This document shows, piece by piece, positions 39,201-48,492 of a stretch of DNA of 64,000 bases. Position numbers and translations under genes: made by a program. Origin of the DNA: Myxococcota bacterium (lineage in GTDB: Bacteria > Myxococcota > XYA12-FULL-58-9 > JABJBS01); the NCBI GenBank assembly GCA_036339465.1, contig JAYZAY010000067.1, positions 1-64,000 of the forward strand, given 5' to 3'. The stretch's first letter is position 1. Every line of letters starts with the position of its first letter. Under the pieces are notes generated by a model. It saw only the letters and a program-made list of their open reading frames with translations. It was not told where the DNA came from and did no database searches.

Positions 39201-42200
39201 GGGCTTGTTCAGGGTGAGCAATGCCACCGATAAACAGTTAAATATTCTCAAGGAACGTCAGGCCATACTCGAGAAGATGCTTAGGGATTCACCACTGCCC
39301 GCAACGTTTATTCCCGAATTGAGCCAGACACTCGAAGCCATCTACAAAACCCTAAAAACATCAAAACAGCATCTTTCCCTTAGAACGTCCGTCGAAAAAA
39401 CACTAAAAATGGCCATCAACCTACGGGTATTTGGAAGCATCATCCAATTAACACAACTTTATCTCGATGGTTTTGCTCTCGCCGCTCCGCCCATCATTCC
39501 TCCCTGGATCAGAGCCGGGCTCGATTTATTACCCAACGAGATTCCGACCATATACCAAGATGAGTTAAAGAGACTCAAAATAGAAATAGCAAGTTTAAAT
39601 TCTGCCACCACACTCGTTCTCGCTCATGCTGAAGCGAAGTCCCCCCTTGCAATCAAATCAGGTCTATTGAAAGCCGATCTCTCTGCGATCGATAAAACCC
39701 TCACTCTCGCCGGTACCGCGGATCTCTCGGAATTATGCTGGCAAACTCCAGAAACCGAAGAAACGTTAGAAACTTGGGGTAAAGCACTCGCTCAATACGA
39801 AGCAACCTATTTATGCTCAGAGCTAGAAGATAAGGGTTACCTAAATCAAGCCTGGTCTCGGTTTAGGATGAAGAGACATTCTACACTTGGTCCGAAGGCT
39901 ATGCTTTTGATGGAGGAGGTACTAGACCACGCCTTTGCCCATCAAGACGCCAACAGGATCTGGGAGGTCATTGAAAAGAGAACACTGATTGAACTTTACC
40001 CCCTCAAATTGGGAAAATCCTTTCCCATAAACCACCATGCCCTCGACAGCACCTTCCTAAAAGGTCTCGCCCAAGATGCGCCAAAACAAGAGCTACTCGA
40101 CCGACAAAAGCTCGCTGCCTACATTCCCAAGGGAAGCGCGCTGTTGCAATCTATCCAGATAAAAGGACTGCATTACTTTGTCATCTCCACTTCAAACGCC
40201 ATTGAGCAAATGAAATTATCAAATCCATCTTCCGTGGCTGAAAAAAGGATCTTCATCCAGAAACTTTCCAGATGGATTTCAGAGCAAAAAGTCAAACATC
40301 TCTTCTTTGGTGCCACACTCCACCAGCAACTTGGGCAGGAATTCATCCACAAAGCGCTTCGCAGTGCGACGCCCAAATTACGACAATTCAACCAGCTTTC
40401 CTTAACCCATCTGGCCTGGGCAGAGGCACTCTCTCCTTCTGGGATCCGCCGCCAAAAGAAAAATCCACCAAATCAGGAAAGCGCTAAAATCAATGCCGCG
40501 CTTGTTCAAGGCCTCTTGATGCGTAAGCATGGGTTCACTCCTCCCCACCTCGGGAAAACCCTGACGGACCCCAACCTTTATCAGCGTGGCTCTCCACTCA
40601 TTCTACTGGCCTCCCAACTCAGCGCCAGCTCCAGCAATGACCTCAACGCTAAAGCTCAGATGTTTTTGCATTGCATTCATCGGGGAATCCCCACCCTAGC
40701 GTTCCTCCCAACGCCCCCACAGACAATTGAGGGCATGGAACTAAACAGTGAACTCCTCAGAGAACTCGACAGGGTTGCCCTCGGTTCCCACAATACTGCA
40801 GACGGTATTTATTTCGGGCGCCCCTTAGCAGACAGCGCTACCCTATTCCGAGAAAGCCTAACCCGCTTTCTCGCTTCCTTTCGCCAGGCGGCGGTAGCGG
40901 CTCTTCCGCTCAAGAAAACCCGTGCAAAATTGGATGAGAGTACACTTGAACATGCGGAAATCCTTCTTCGCAAGGTTTTAATTACATTGGATTTTCTTTC
41001 CTACCACCCAATCTTTGCGGGACTTCGGAAAGATTTTGCCACAACCCAAGCATCACTCCCAAAAACAATCAGAAAGTGGGGCGCCATGCTCTTAAGCGGT
41101 GGAGAAGCTATCAGGCAGATGCTCATGGTCCCACTGAGCAAAGCCTTATCCCTAAATGGGAGACAGCGAGAAGCCATCGAGATTTTCGAGCGGATAGCGC
41201 AAAGTAGTCCGAAGAAATCATTGAGACTGCAGGCCCTGTTGAATCAGGCCAAGCGCCACATGGAGAGCCATTCCTACCCCCAAGCCGCCGAAACATTGAA
41301 GCGATGTATTAAAATAGGTAAGGGGCACGAATTGGATGCAGCTTACCCTTGCTACGTCACCCTGCCCAATGCGCTAAAGAAATCCGGCCGTATCAGTGAA
41401 GCGGGCCGGGTTTACAGTGATTTACTCAAGCTCTTAGGGACAAATGACCCTAGGCGTATTCGAATTGTCAGAGAATTTGCGCTTTTGGTAGAACAACCCC
41501 TAAACGCCTACGACAAGGCACTCAAACTCATTCGTGAGGCGATTTCAATGTCTGGAGAAATTGAAATCGATGGCGCTCTCAAAACGAACTTGCTCATAGA
41601 CGAGGCACGGCTTCTTCGAAAGATGGGCATGTTTCAATTGGCGCTCAAGCGGATCGAGCGCGCCAAAGTCCAGGCTCTGCATATGCCTATCGCACTCGCG
41701 AATGTCTGGTTGGAGCATGCCAGGATCCATTGGTACCAAGGTCGCTACGCCGACGCTTTGAAATCACAAAAGCAAGCCCTTCTTATCGCTGACCAATTGG
41801 GAAGTTCTTTTCTACAAATCCAGTGTTTTAGTTTAGAGGGACTCATTTTACTCAACCAAGGAGAGCTCGAAGCCGCGAAACAGCGGATCGAAGCTGCACT
41901 TCTATTGGCCAGAAAAACCAATCGCAAACAAGAAGAGGCCATTCAACTCAACAATCTTGGTACCGTATACCGAGCTCTCGGTGAACTTGAGGACTCAGTT
42001 GTCGCGTTTCGAAAAGCTGAAACCATTGATAGAAAATATCGAGACCATTATGGCCTCGCCTACGATCTCCGCAATTTGGCCACAACCAAAATAAAGCAGA
42101 ACAAACCTAGAGAGGCTAAAAAACTATTCCTTCAAGCCATCGAAATAAGCGAGAAGCTTAAGGACCCGTACAACCTGGCTCAATCGCTTTTGAGTCTGGC

Positions 42201-43656
42201 TTCACTTCCCAATCTAAAAAAAGGAAAAATACTCGCCTGCCTCAACAAAGCCACTCAATTATCAAGTAAATACGGGCTGCGTAGTATCCTATGGAAATCT
42301 CTCTATGGGTTAGCCCAACTCTACGAACAAAAGGAAGCCATTCCAAAAGCACGGCACTTGTACAACCTATCATCCAAGGTCGCTTCACAAACCCAGGAAC
42401 AATCCACAGCCGGGCAAATAGAATTAACACCTGAAGCCCTTCGAAAGTCCGCCATTGATTTTATGCTTAAACATGGTCACGTCGCGGATGCCCTCGACCT
42501 GGAGGACGGATTTCGCCAAACCAAAATAGACCTCACCCTAAAGGCGCTCGGCAAAGAAGTTCAACAGCAATCCCAAGGTGCTTGGGCGGCCCTCCATAAA
42601 CAGATTCAGCAAGCGATTTCCAAGGAAACCGAAAAGCCCTCTGAATCGACAAACCCTGGCCACTGGCTGACTCACCTACAAACGAACTTGGCTCCCACCT
42701 CAGCAATCTTCTATTTGATTGGTACGGAGCACTATTTACACCGCATCTTGGTGACCCGGGAAGACCTGACTGCGACGTCGCTCCCAATGGCACCAAACCA
42801 GAAACATATCCTTCGCGCTCTCGCCACCAACGTGCACTGGAATTTGCCTCCGAAAAAGTACCACAAGATTGCTTCGGATATGATTTTCAAAGATCTCCTA
42901 ACTCAGGTTGGAGACAAAACTCATTTGCACCTCGTTGTTGAGGGGTGGTGGCTCAACATTCCTTTTGCTGCGCTACACATAGCCCCGGAAAAACCGCTCA
43001 TCGAAGGCTTCGAGCTCTCTTTTTCCAGACGACTCTCAAAAAACCCACAGGCCATGTCCTCCAAAAGACATAGCCAAGAGAAGCAACCCAGAATTCTCGC
43101 CGCTGCCCCGTCCAAAGATCTACCTTACGCCAAACTGGAGGTTGAAAGCCTAGATAAGGCAGTTCGCCTCTATGACTCCACCACCCTAGCGCAGGAAATT
43201 CGGGCGGGCACCTACGACATCGTTCATCTAACTGGGCACAGTGATCTCAACACCAAAATTTCCCCAGAAACCGGTTTGTGGTTCACGACAGACAGCGAGC
43301 GAATTGATTATTTAAACCTAGGAGACTGGACCCAGGCTACCAGTCTTCCAAGTCTCGTTATATTAAACTCGTGTCATAGCGGTGAATTCTCGAAAAAAAG
43401 TCAAAATGCGTCACTTGCACAAGCCCTCCGAGCCATTGGGGTGCAATCTGTCATCGCGAATACCAACGGAGTGTCGGATTTTGATGCAGCCATTCTAATG
43501 AAACATTTTCACAGATACCTACCAACAGATGGCGCCCGCAAGGCGTTGCAAAAAGCAATGCTCCGACTAAGGCAGTTAGAGCCATCTGAATTGGCATGGG
43601 CGCAAACAAAGATTTTTCAGGGCCTTATCCCTAGCAAAATCATGCGCGACGAGTAA
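36214..43656 (+). CDS. Giant lipoprotein: TolB/PD40 beta-propeller, TPR arrays, C-terminal CHAT protease
   Basis: Lipobox FTGC; FVSDQRGNQDIY and PSISPDGNRIAW; NNLGTVY TPRs; CHAT motifs IPFAAL, LPYAKLEV, VHLTGHS, VILNSCHSG. Confidence 0.88.
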   Translation: MKCNGSAHSLLSIILALCAFTGCKDRLRHPIHLAPPQKDESILKHPQPLLEEFGNQFHPNAHPTTQDIVFVSDQRGNQDIYFYEAQKQTISRLTQSTADDFMPSISPDGNRIAWVSRSEDAKGDIWVMDTNGNNPTKITSASTRDASPSWLTNNLLVFETQKGLKSTDDTTVMLYDLATLKASILSNNSFHPQAQAQSKQALFLQKKPDTNHLELCLYSHTNKRRRILGEVPQHSTSPFFFETSPGSPIAYVGATVFSSDTNNDHKVNTDDLPSIYRFTLKENKLGIPTLGHPEPLTLPTQGLRKVTIRDTHLLFSVFNGQNLDIYQLPITGIKSPTATSTTLLELYHQSSDVHIRTFILRNLIIERTTQQTDAYRELAWSLAQQGLYLAAKEEIQAAIKQVPATDQDLLELAKIDLSLEQEKSISSKTDESSQRQKEHKRMTLSRAILARNQDSPRVTCAAKLVIARLYHHQKMFGETWDELHTLRKESKCSDLQRARATVHALDVLFEMGQEIARSTLLTELEKTTGTGVDKAIQGEFKKWVDRFLDSHSVLEQLDFLADSLNHYFKKGDLRATLLYRRSLILEDINDHPRALKDLDEIIKITNDRELFSRAAMRRLKLHDTANQDKDQTKELLRIIRDPRLLLEQRGKMLQAIDKIIGSKALKLERIGKPLEAVRVYRSLLKANPQDSKTLRRILTLSHTLGKGLQYTWKSLSPSTLSQGVYHYGQALMDSFGKLPKLDGIEKNIRIALELNPRNFSARLLLGWVYEKRETQSPNKGWLEKAIDIYETLLENVSEAKAPFIYAAVHQNLGMAFHRLGKLDRAFKFWLKRYQTEIPFDGPEQNLGFLFTLAQTSLSTGELDVGLEISRTIFRKSWSINSASYIHRAALLQASLYYVQTDYEAARYWYRFLGNMLSVNPPIIVLRGLALTEQMLGNYMESMQYWRQLYDRIAERKSDKKDPLDSFFVVLQPANPANITAAPFGFRSTHEKANALEGLFRVSNATDKQLNILKERQAILEKMLRDSPLPATFIPELSQTLEAIYKTLKTSKQHLSLRTSVEKTLKMAINLRVFGSIIQLTQLYLDGFALAAPPIIPPWIRAGLDLLPNEIPTIYQDELKRLKIEIASLNSATTLVLAHAEAKSPLAIKSGLLKADLSAIDKTLTLAGTADLSELCWQTPETEETLETWGKALAQYEATYLCSELEDKGYLNQAWSRFRMKRHSTLGPKAMLLMEEVLDHAFAHQDANRIWEVIEKRTLIELYPLKLGKSFPINHHALDSTFLKGLAQDAPKQELLDRQKLAAYIPKGSALLQSIQIKGLHYFVISTSNAIEQMKLSNPSSVAEKRIFIQKLSRWISEQKVKHLFFGATLHQQLGQEFIHKALRSATPKLRQFNQLSLTHLAWAEALSPSGIRRQKKNPPNQESAKINAALVQGLLMRKHGFTPPHLGKTLTDPNLYQRGSPLILLASQLSASSSNDLNAKAQMFLHCIHRGIPTLAFLPTPPQTIEGMELNSELLRELDRVALGSHNTADGIYFGRPLADSATLFRESLTRFLASFRQAAVAALPLKKTRAKLDESTLEHAEILLRKVLITLDFLSYHPIFAGLRKDFATTQASLPKTIRKWGAMLLSGGEAIRQMLMVPLSKALSLNGRQREAIEIFERIAQSSPKKSLRLQALLNQAKRHMESHSYPQAAETLKRCIKIGKGHELDAAYPCYVTLPNALKKSGRISEAGRVYSDLLKLLGTNDPRRIRIVREFALLVEQPLNAYDKALKLIREAISMSGEIEIDGALKTNLLIDEARLLRKMGMFQLALKRIERAKVQALHMPIALANVWLEHARIHWYQGRYADALKSQKQALLIADQLGSSFLQIQCFSLEGLILLNQGELEAAKQRIEAALLLARKTNRKQEEAIQLNNLGTVYRALGELEDSVVAFRKAETIDRKYRDHYGLAYDLRNLATTKIKQNKPREAKKLFLQAIEISEKLKDPYNLAQSLLSLASLPNLKKGKILACLNKATQLSSKYGLRSILWKSLYGLAQLYEQKEAIPKARHLYNLSSKVASQTQEQSTAGQIELTPEALRKSAIDFMLKHGHVADALDLEDGFRQTKIDLTLKALGKEVQQQSQGAWAALHKQIQQAISKETEKPSESTNPGHWLTHLQTNLAPTSAIFYLIGTEHYLHRILVTREDLTATSLPMAPNQKHILRALATNVHWNLPPKKYHKIASDMIFKDLLTQVGDKTHLHLVVEGWWLNIPFAALHIAPEKPLIEGFELSFSRRLSKNPQAMSSKRHSQEKQPRILAAAPSKDLPYAKLEVESLDKAVRLYDSTTLAQEIRAGTYDIVHLTGHSDLNTKISPETGLWFTTDSERIDYLNLGDWTQATSLPSLVILNSCHSGEFSKKSQNASLAQALRAIGVQSVIANTNGVSDFDAAILMKHFHRYLPTDGARKALQKAMLRLRQLEPSELAWAQTKIFQGLIPSKIMRDE

Positions 43657-44100
43657 AAAGCACTAAAATAGAGTAGAGCTCTAAACGCCCTACGAGTCTT
43701 AAAAAGCTCATAGGCCATTTATCCCAAGCAAGAAGACGGGACCAATTGGCAATTGGCCCAAGGGCACCAAAACCTCACCTCATCTTACTTAAACCGAAAA
43801 TCTCTGCACTTAGGGATGTTTCTATGTCATCACCGCACGCAGCCATCACCAAAGTGCCCCAGGGCCACGCCCAACGCATAGAGGAATCCGAAAGTAAGAA
43901 TATTGTTCATCACAACTTGACTAATACTACGATGACGAATTCGAATAAGTTTTACACCATGGGAACAAACAAGTCGCTAAGCTCACGCCCAAGGGACTCC
44001 CCAAGAAAACCAACCTCATCACTTTGATTCCCCTCCTGTGGAACCCATACCTCCCCCCACCAAATACGGGCTTCAGTTTGCTCATATCATCGCCGCAAAG
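43640..44100 (-). pseudogene. trkH: trkH (Trk K+ uptake membrane subunit) pseudogene; weaker remnants may extend to ~44330
   Basis: Across frameshifts and stops: GMGSTGG/IKVMRL, RLVCSHGVKLIRI...NNILTFGFLY, GFGALGPIANW...KWPMSFLRLVGRLELYSILVLF. Confidence 0.85.
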
Positions 44101-44357
44101 AAAGTTTTTCGAACGCTTTAATTGCGCTCGGTTTCACATAGGCAAAGACGCGTTCATCCGAGAAAATCAGGCTTGAACCATTGGGCATGATAACGTCGCC
44201 ATTTCTCGTGAAAATACGGCCATGACCCTCATAACAACTCAATGGTTAGGGGGGGGGAGTACGGTGTCCTAATCCCGAAGGATCTCTCGGATAGGCCCAG
44301 AACAAAGTTTCTCAAAAATTCTCAAACAATGACCGATGCAGAGGGAAAGGTTGGCGT

Positions 44358-45536
44358 CTAGAAAAAGGCATTCAACCCCGTTAGAGCGCGTCCAATTGCT
44401 AAAGTATGAACTTCGTGGGTGCCTTCATAAGTATAGACACTTTCGATGTTCATCAGGTGCCGAATAACCGGATAAGCGTCGGTAATCCCTATTCCTCCCA
44501 GCATACCACGGGCCATGCTAGCAATCTTTCGGGTACACTCAACATTGTGCCGCTTGTGCATGCTCACTTGAACAGGGGAGAGCTTGCCCTCATCTTTTAG
44601 CCGGCCGAAGTGCAGTGACATCAGCTGAGAATTCACGATCATCGTCGCCATTTCGGCCAGCTTTGCCTGATAGAGCTGGAATTGAGCAATGGGTTTACCA
44701 AACGCGATTCGCTCTTTCCCATAATTCAAAACTGTCTCATAACAGTCCAATGCCGGGCCGGTTACCCCCCATGCAATCCCTTCCCGAGCCTGGGTCAAAC
44801 ACATAAGTGGACTCTTCAAACCGTTAGAATCCGGGAGAATATTCGCCGCAGGGATCCGACAGTCGGTTAAATGAATCTCCCCCGTCGGGGATGCCCTCAA
44901 GGAAAATTTTCCTTCAATATAAGGTGTGTCATAACCTTTCGCTCCGCGTTCAATAACAAAACCTCGAATGCGATTGTCATCATCTAGATCCTTAGCCCAA
45001 ACAACAGCCACATGAGAAATCGGGGAATTCGTAATCCAGCTCTTGATACCATTCAAAACATAGGTATCTCCATCCCGCTTCGCAGTGGTCGTCATAGCGG
45101 CTGGATCCGAACCGGCACCTGGTTCAGTAAGGCCGAAACAACCAATCATTTCTCCACTGGCAAGTTTCGGCAACCATTTATTACGCTGACCATCGTTGCC
45201 AAACGCCAGAATCGGATACATCACCAGAGACCCTTGAACACTGGTCAGCGACCTCAAACCAGAATCGCCACGCTCAAGCTCTTGTAAGACCAAGCCGTAG
45301 GCCACGTTGTTTAAGCCTGCACATCCGTAACCATCAATACTCGCCCCAAAAGCACCTAATTCAGCAATCTCGGGAATCAATTCCATTGGAAAAGTTCCTT
45401 CGCGGTGAGCCGGGGTCAAAGCAGGCAGAAATCGCTCTTTGATCCAGCTGCGAACGGAGTCGCGAATGGCTTTTTCTTCATCGGTAAATAGATGCTCAAT
45501 GGCTAGGAGATCTTCTAGGCTCTGGGGTTTGGACAT
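44358..45536 (-). CDS. gcdH: Glutaryl-CoA dehydrogenase-like acyl-CoA dehydrogenase
   Basis: ELERGDSGLRS, GCFGLTEP, WITNS, YTYEGTHEVH. Confidence 0.88.
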   Translation of the reverse strand: MSKPQSLEDLLAIEHLFTDEEKAIRDSVRSWIKERFLPALTPAHREGTFPMELIPEIAELGAFGASIDGYGCAGLNNVAYGLVLQELERGDSGLRSLTSVQGSLVMYPILAFGNDGQRNKWLPKLASGEMIGCFGLTEPGAGSDPAAMTTTAKRDGDTYVLNGIKSWITNSPISHVAVVWAKDLDDDNRIRGFVIERGAKGYDTPYIEGKFSLRASPTGEIHLTDCRIPAANILPDSNGLKSPLMCLTQAREGIAWGVTGPALDCYETVLNYGKERIAFGKPIAQFQLYQAKLAEMATMIVNSQLMSLHFGRLKDEGKLSPVQVSMHKRHNVECTRKIASMARGMLGGIGITDAYPVIRHLMNIESVYTYEGTHEVHTLAIGRALTGLNAFF

Positions 45537-45569
45537 GTTGAGTATCCTCTTATCTGCTGCAATTTAATG

Positions 45570-46171
45570 AGATTCACTGATTATTTTTGGAGCTCTACAT
45601 TCGAAAATCACCCCGATCAAGAGGCCAACGACGATGAGAACATGTATCCATATATTGGAGCGCCACTGCCGCTGTGTCAAAGAGCTCGACAACCTCGTAA
45701 GTCACCGGAAACGACAAGATCCATACCCGTAGAATATCAGATCTTTGAGTGACCAGGAGGGGCAAAAGTACAAGCAGATACAGGGGAAGCAGATAGGCAC
45801 TTCCAAACCCCGCAGAGCCTCAAACCAGCCACTAAATCCGCTTCCCCTCGGAACATGGGCTCCAGTAAACGCAGAAGCAGCAATAGCTCATCGCTCCCAT
45901 CTGTATCCGCAAAAACAAGCGTCTCAGGCTCTGGCGATAGAGCCTCAATGCCCCCCTGACGCGCAGCTCCATAGGCCGCCCTGCTTTTCTGCCACGACCA
46001 TTGCCCCGGCAGTCTTGGTCACTTCGGCAGTCAGCTCCGTAATCCCATTGTCCACCACGATAACCCGAGAAACTCCTAAAGCGGCAAGCATTCCAAAACC
46101 ACCAGCCCCACAACATTCTCTCCATTGCGTGCTGGAATAATGGCCTCAACCATTTCCATCGCCATATTCAT
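45570..46171 (-). pseudogene. Family 2 glycosyltransferase pseudogene; 3' end approximate
   Basis: IIPARNGE, frameshift, VIVVDNGITELTAEV...AGAMVV...LVFADTDGSD...GEADLVAG, then decay. Confidence 0.8.
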
Positions 46172-46278
46172 GGTATTTGCCCCATAGGAAAACAATTAAA
46201 AGAAGACCGGTTTCTACTAAGATTGCGGTTTTATCTTGATCTGATAGAGAAAAATCGAGGAGCTAAGAAAAATTTCTA

Positions 46279-47376
46279 GTGAATACTTTTGAACGATATT
46301 TCGCAAAACAAATCACAAGTCCTCTGCTAAGTGGGCTCGTTTTTTTCTTCATCATCATCCTATTTGGACAAATGGTTCAATTGAGTGATGCGGTAACTGG
46401 ACTCGGCCTGGATCCACAAAGTCTTTTGAATGCAATTCTATTTTCGGCTGCCCCATTGTTGGGAATTCTTCTGCCAATCTCAGCCCTCTTTGCCACCATG
46501 CTCGGGGTATCTAAGCTGGCTGCAGACGGTGAATTACTCGCTTATCAAGCCACAGGAGGCCAACCGAGAAAGCTCCTCAAAATCCCAATCATCTTCAGCC
46601 TCTTGTTGTGTTCAACCTCCTCACTCTTTCTCGTCTATGGGGAGCCCTGGGGGCTTAAAAGCCTGCAGACTTTAATGACCGAAAATGCAACAACCACCAT
46701 TGTCGAGGGCATTCACAGCAAAAAGATGATCGATTGGATTAAAGGCATCACATTTTATGCCGCCGACGAAGATGCAACGGGTTTGACGAGGGTCTTATTG
46801 GTTGAAAATCGCTCCGAAAAAGCCTCATATGTGGTCGCCGCCGAACATGCAGAAATCTCCCCCAGCCCCTTGGATAGCAGTGTGCTTTTCTCCCTTTCAA
46901 ATGGGCAAATTCTTCTCTCAGACCAGGACGACAATCCAAGAAACGTGATCCACTTCGAAAAACTCGATTACCGGCTAGGTGTAAAACAATTGGTGGGAAA
47001 TAGGCTCCATACAGTCACCCATGCCCAAATGATGACCCTGAATGAACTCTGGGAAAACATCCAAAATCCAGAAACAAATGTAAACACAAACGCACTCTAC
47101 ATTGTAACCTTGAATCGAAAATTCGCACTGCCAGTAGCGGCGGTTGTTTTTAGCTTACTTGCATTCGCCATCGGTTTCCGAACATCCAAAGCCCCTCAAG
47201 CTCAAGCGTATATTAACTGTATCTTGATTATCGCTGGCTATTATTACTTAGGTCGCGCTTTGGAACTCTCGGCAAGACGAGGCGATTTCCCCCCCTGGTT
47301 GGCCGCCTGGGTCCCCAACATCCTCGGACTCTTGTGGGGGTGGATACTTCTCTGGCGGCGAGGCTTACTTAGATGA
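46279..47376 (+). CDS. lptF: LPS export permease LptF
   Basis: 3 TM + periplasmic domain + 3 TM; LAADGEL; AAWVPN; paired with the next gene. Confidence 0.85.
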   Translation: MNTFERYFAKQITSPLLSGLVFFFIIILFGQMVQLSDAVTGLGLDPQSLLNAILFSAAPLLGILLPISALFATMLGVSKLAADGELLAYQATGGQPRKLLKIPIIFSLLLCSTSSLFLVYGEPWGLKSLQTLMTENATTTIVEGIHSKKMIDWIKGITFYAADEDATGLTRVLLVENRSEKASYVVAAEHAEISPSPLDSSVLFSLSNGQILLSDQDDNPRNVIHFEKLDYRLGVKQLVGNRLHTVTHAQMMTLNELWENIQNPETNVNTNALYIVTLNRKFALPVAAVVFSLLAFAIGFRTSKAPQAQAYINCILIIAGYYYLGRALELSARRGDFPPWLAAWVPNILGLLWGWILLWRRGLLR

Positions 47377-48464
47377 GCATCATTCAACGTTACGTCAGTC
47401 AAAAATTTCTATTCCACTGGGTCATGCTCACCACAGGCCTGGGGCTCTTTGTGGGCGTCATAAGCCTGGTTGAAAACGCGGACCGACTCTCAGTTGAAAA
47501 CACAGCCGACCTCTCTAGCTCTCTAGCCTATTTTCTCAATGTCAGTGCCCAATTTGCATATTCTCTGATACCACTCTCAAGCTTTGTGGCTGCGGCATTG
47601 ACGGGGGCATTATTTGCTCGAAGTGGCGAAAACCTGGCGATTTTGGTCGGAGGGTATCGCCCCCAAACACTATTCAACTCTTATCTGAAAACTGCCATGT
47701 GCATCGCGGTCTTAACTGCCCTGCTCGGGGAATTTATCATGCCGACTGTACTACAAGACATTGACCGCAGTCCCTTCAAGCAGCTTGACAGAACCGTCCA
47801 GCAATACCGCAATTTACTGGAAGCCCGAAGCCACTGGTATCATTTTGAGAATAACATATTCCACCTCCCAAGCTATAATGAAGAGACAAAAGTATTCAAT
47901 AACCCTGTTATTTATCGACTCAAAGCGAAGGGGGGCTTAAAGGAAATTATTAAAGCGGAGAAACTCCTCCACCAAAACTCTTTCTGGCTCTTAACGGAAG
48001 TCAGTAGACTTCAAGTCTTTCCTGAAATGAAATGGAAGCTCAAAGAATTACCCCTAAAGCTCCACCTAGCCCCCCATGAGCTGCTAGACGTTGCGGGAAA
48101 CCCCCGACACCTCCGGAGTATGCCCCTCTCTCAAATCATCTCTCGACGTAAAAATGCTGGCTTCGACACGGGCTGGCATGAACAAACTCTCTACACGCGC
48201 TGGTTTCAACCCATCCTCGTCATCTTAATGCTCATTGTTGCCTATCCCTGGATCACGCGCCCCAATCGATTGCATTCCGTACTCTCGAGCTTGGCAGGAA
48301 TATGCGTCGTCACAGCTATTTGGTTTGGAGGCTCCTACGCCATACAAAGTATTCTCACAATCCTTAGGGTACCTGTCATCTGGCAAACAAGCGCATCCTC
48401 GTGGGCGGCCCTACTTCTGATAACAATGGGAAATCGGTGGCTGTATCGCCTCTCCAGAGCTTGA
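47373..48464 (+). CDS. lptG: LPS export permease LptG
   Basis: Same LptF/G topology; ARSGENLA; ATGA overlap. Confidence 0.8.
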   Translation: MSIIQRYVSQKFLFHWVMLTTGLGLFVGVISLVENADRLSVENTADLSSSLAYFLNVSAQFAYSLIPLSSFVAAALTGALFARSGENLAILVGGYRPQTLFNSYLKTAMCIAVLTALLGEFIMPTVLQDIDRSPFKQLDRTVQQYRNLLEARSHWYHFENNIFHLPSYNEETKVFNNPVIYRLKAKGGLKEIIKAEKLLHQNSFWLLTEVSRLQVFPEMKWKLKELPLKLHLAPHELLDVAGNPRHLRSMPLSQIISRRKNAGFDTGWHEQTLYTRWFQPILVILMLIVAYPWITRPNRLHSVLSSLAGICVVTAIWFGGSYAIQSILTILRVPVIWQTSASSWAALLLITMGNRWLYRLSRA

Positions 48465-48479
48465 AGGGGCCTTGCCCCT
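48465..48479. terminator. Short hairpin between convergent genes
   Basis: AGGGGC-CTT-GCCCCT; no clear U tract. Confidence 0.3.
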
Positions 48480-48492
48480 CACTCAGCGATCT

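Noticed and set aside
36214..43656. CRISPR-associated Craspase-type or cytoplasmic defence CHAT protease
   Set aside because: No cas, gasdermin or NTPase neighbours; the protein has a lipoprotein signal and envelope-type partners.
43746..44027. 93-aa + strand ORF
   Set aside because: Antisense shadow of the trkH pseudogene.
45745..46149. 131-aa (+) and 105-aa (-) ORFs as genes
   Set aside because: They are antisense or off-frame shadows of the GT2 pseudogene.
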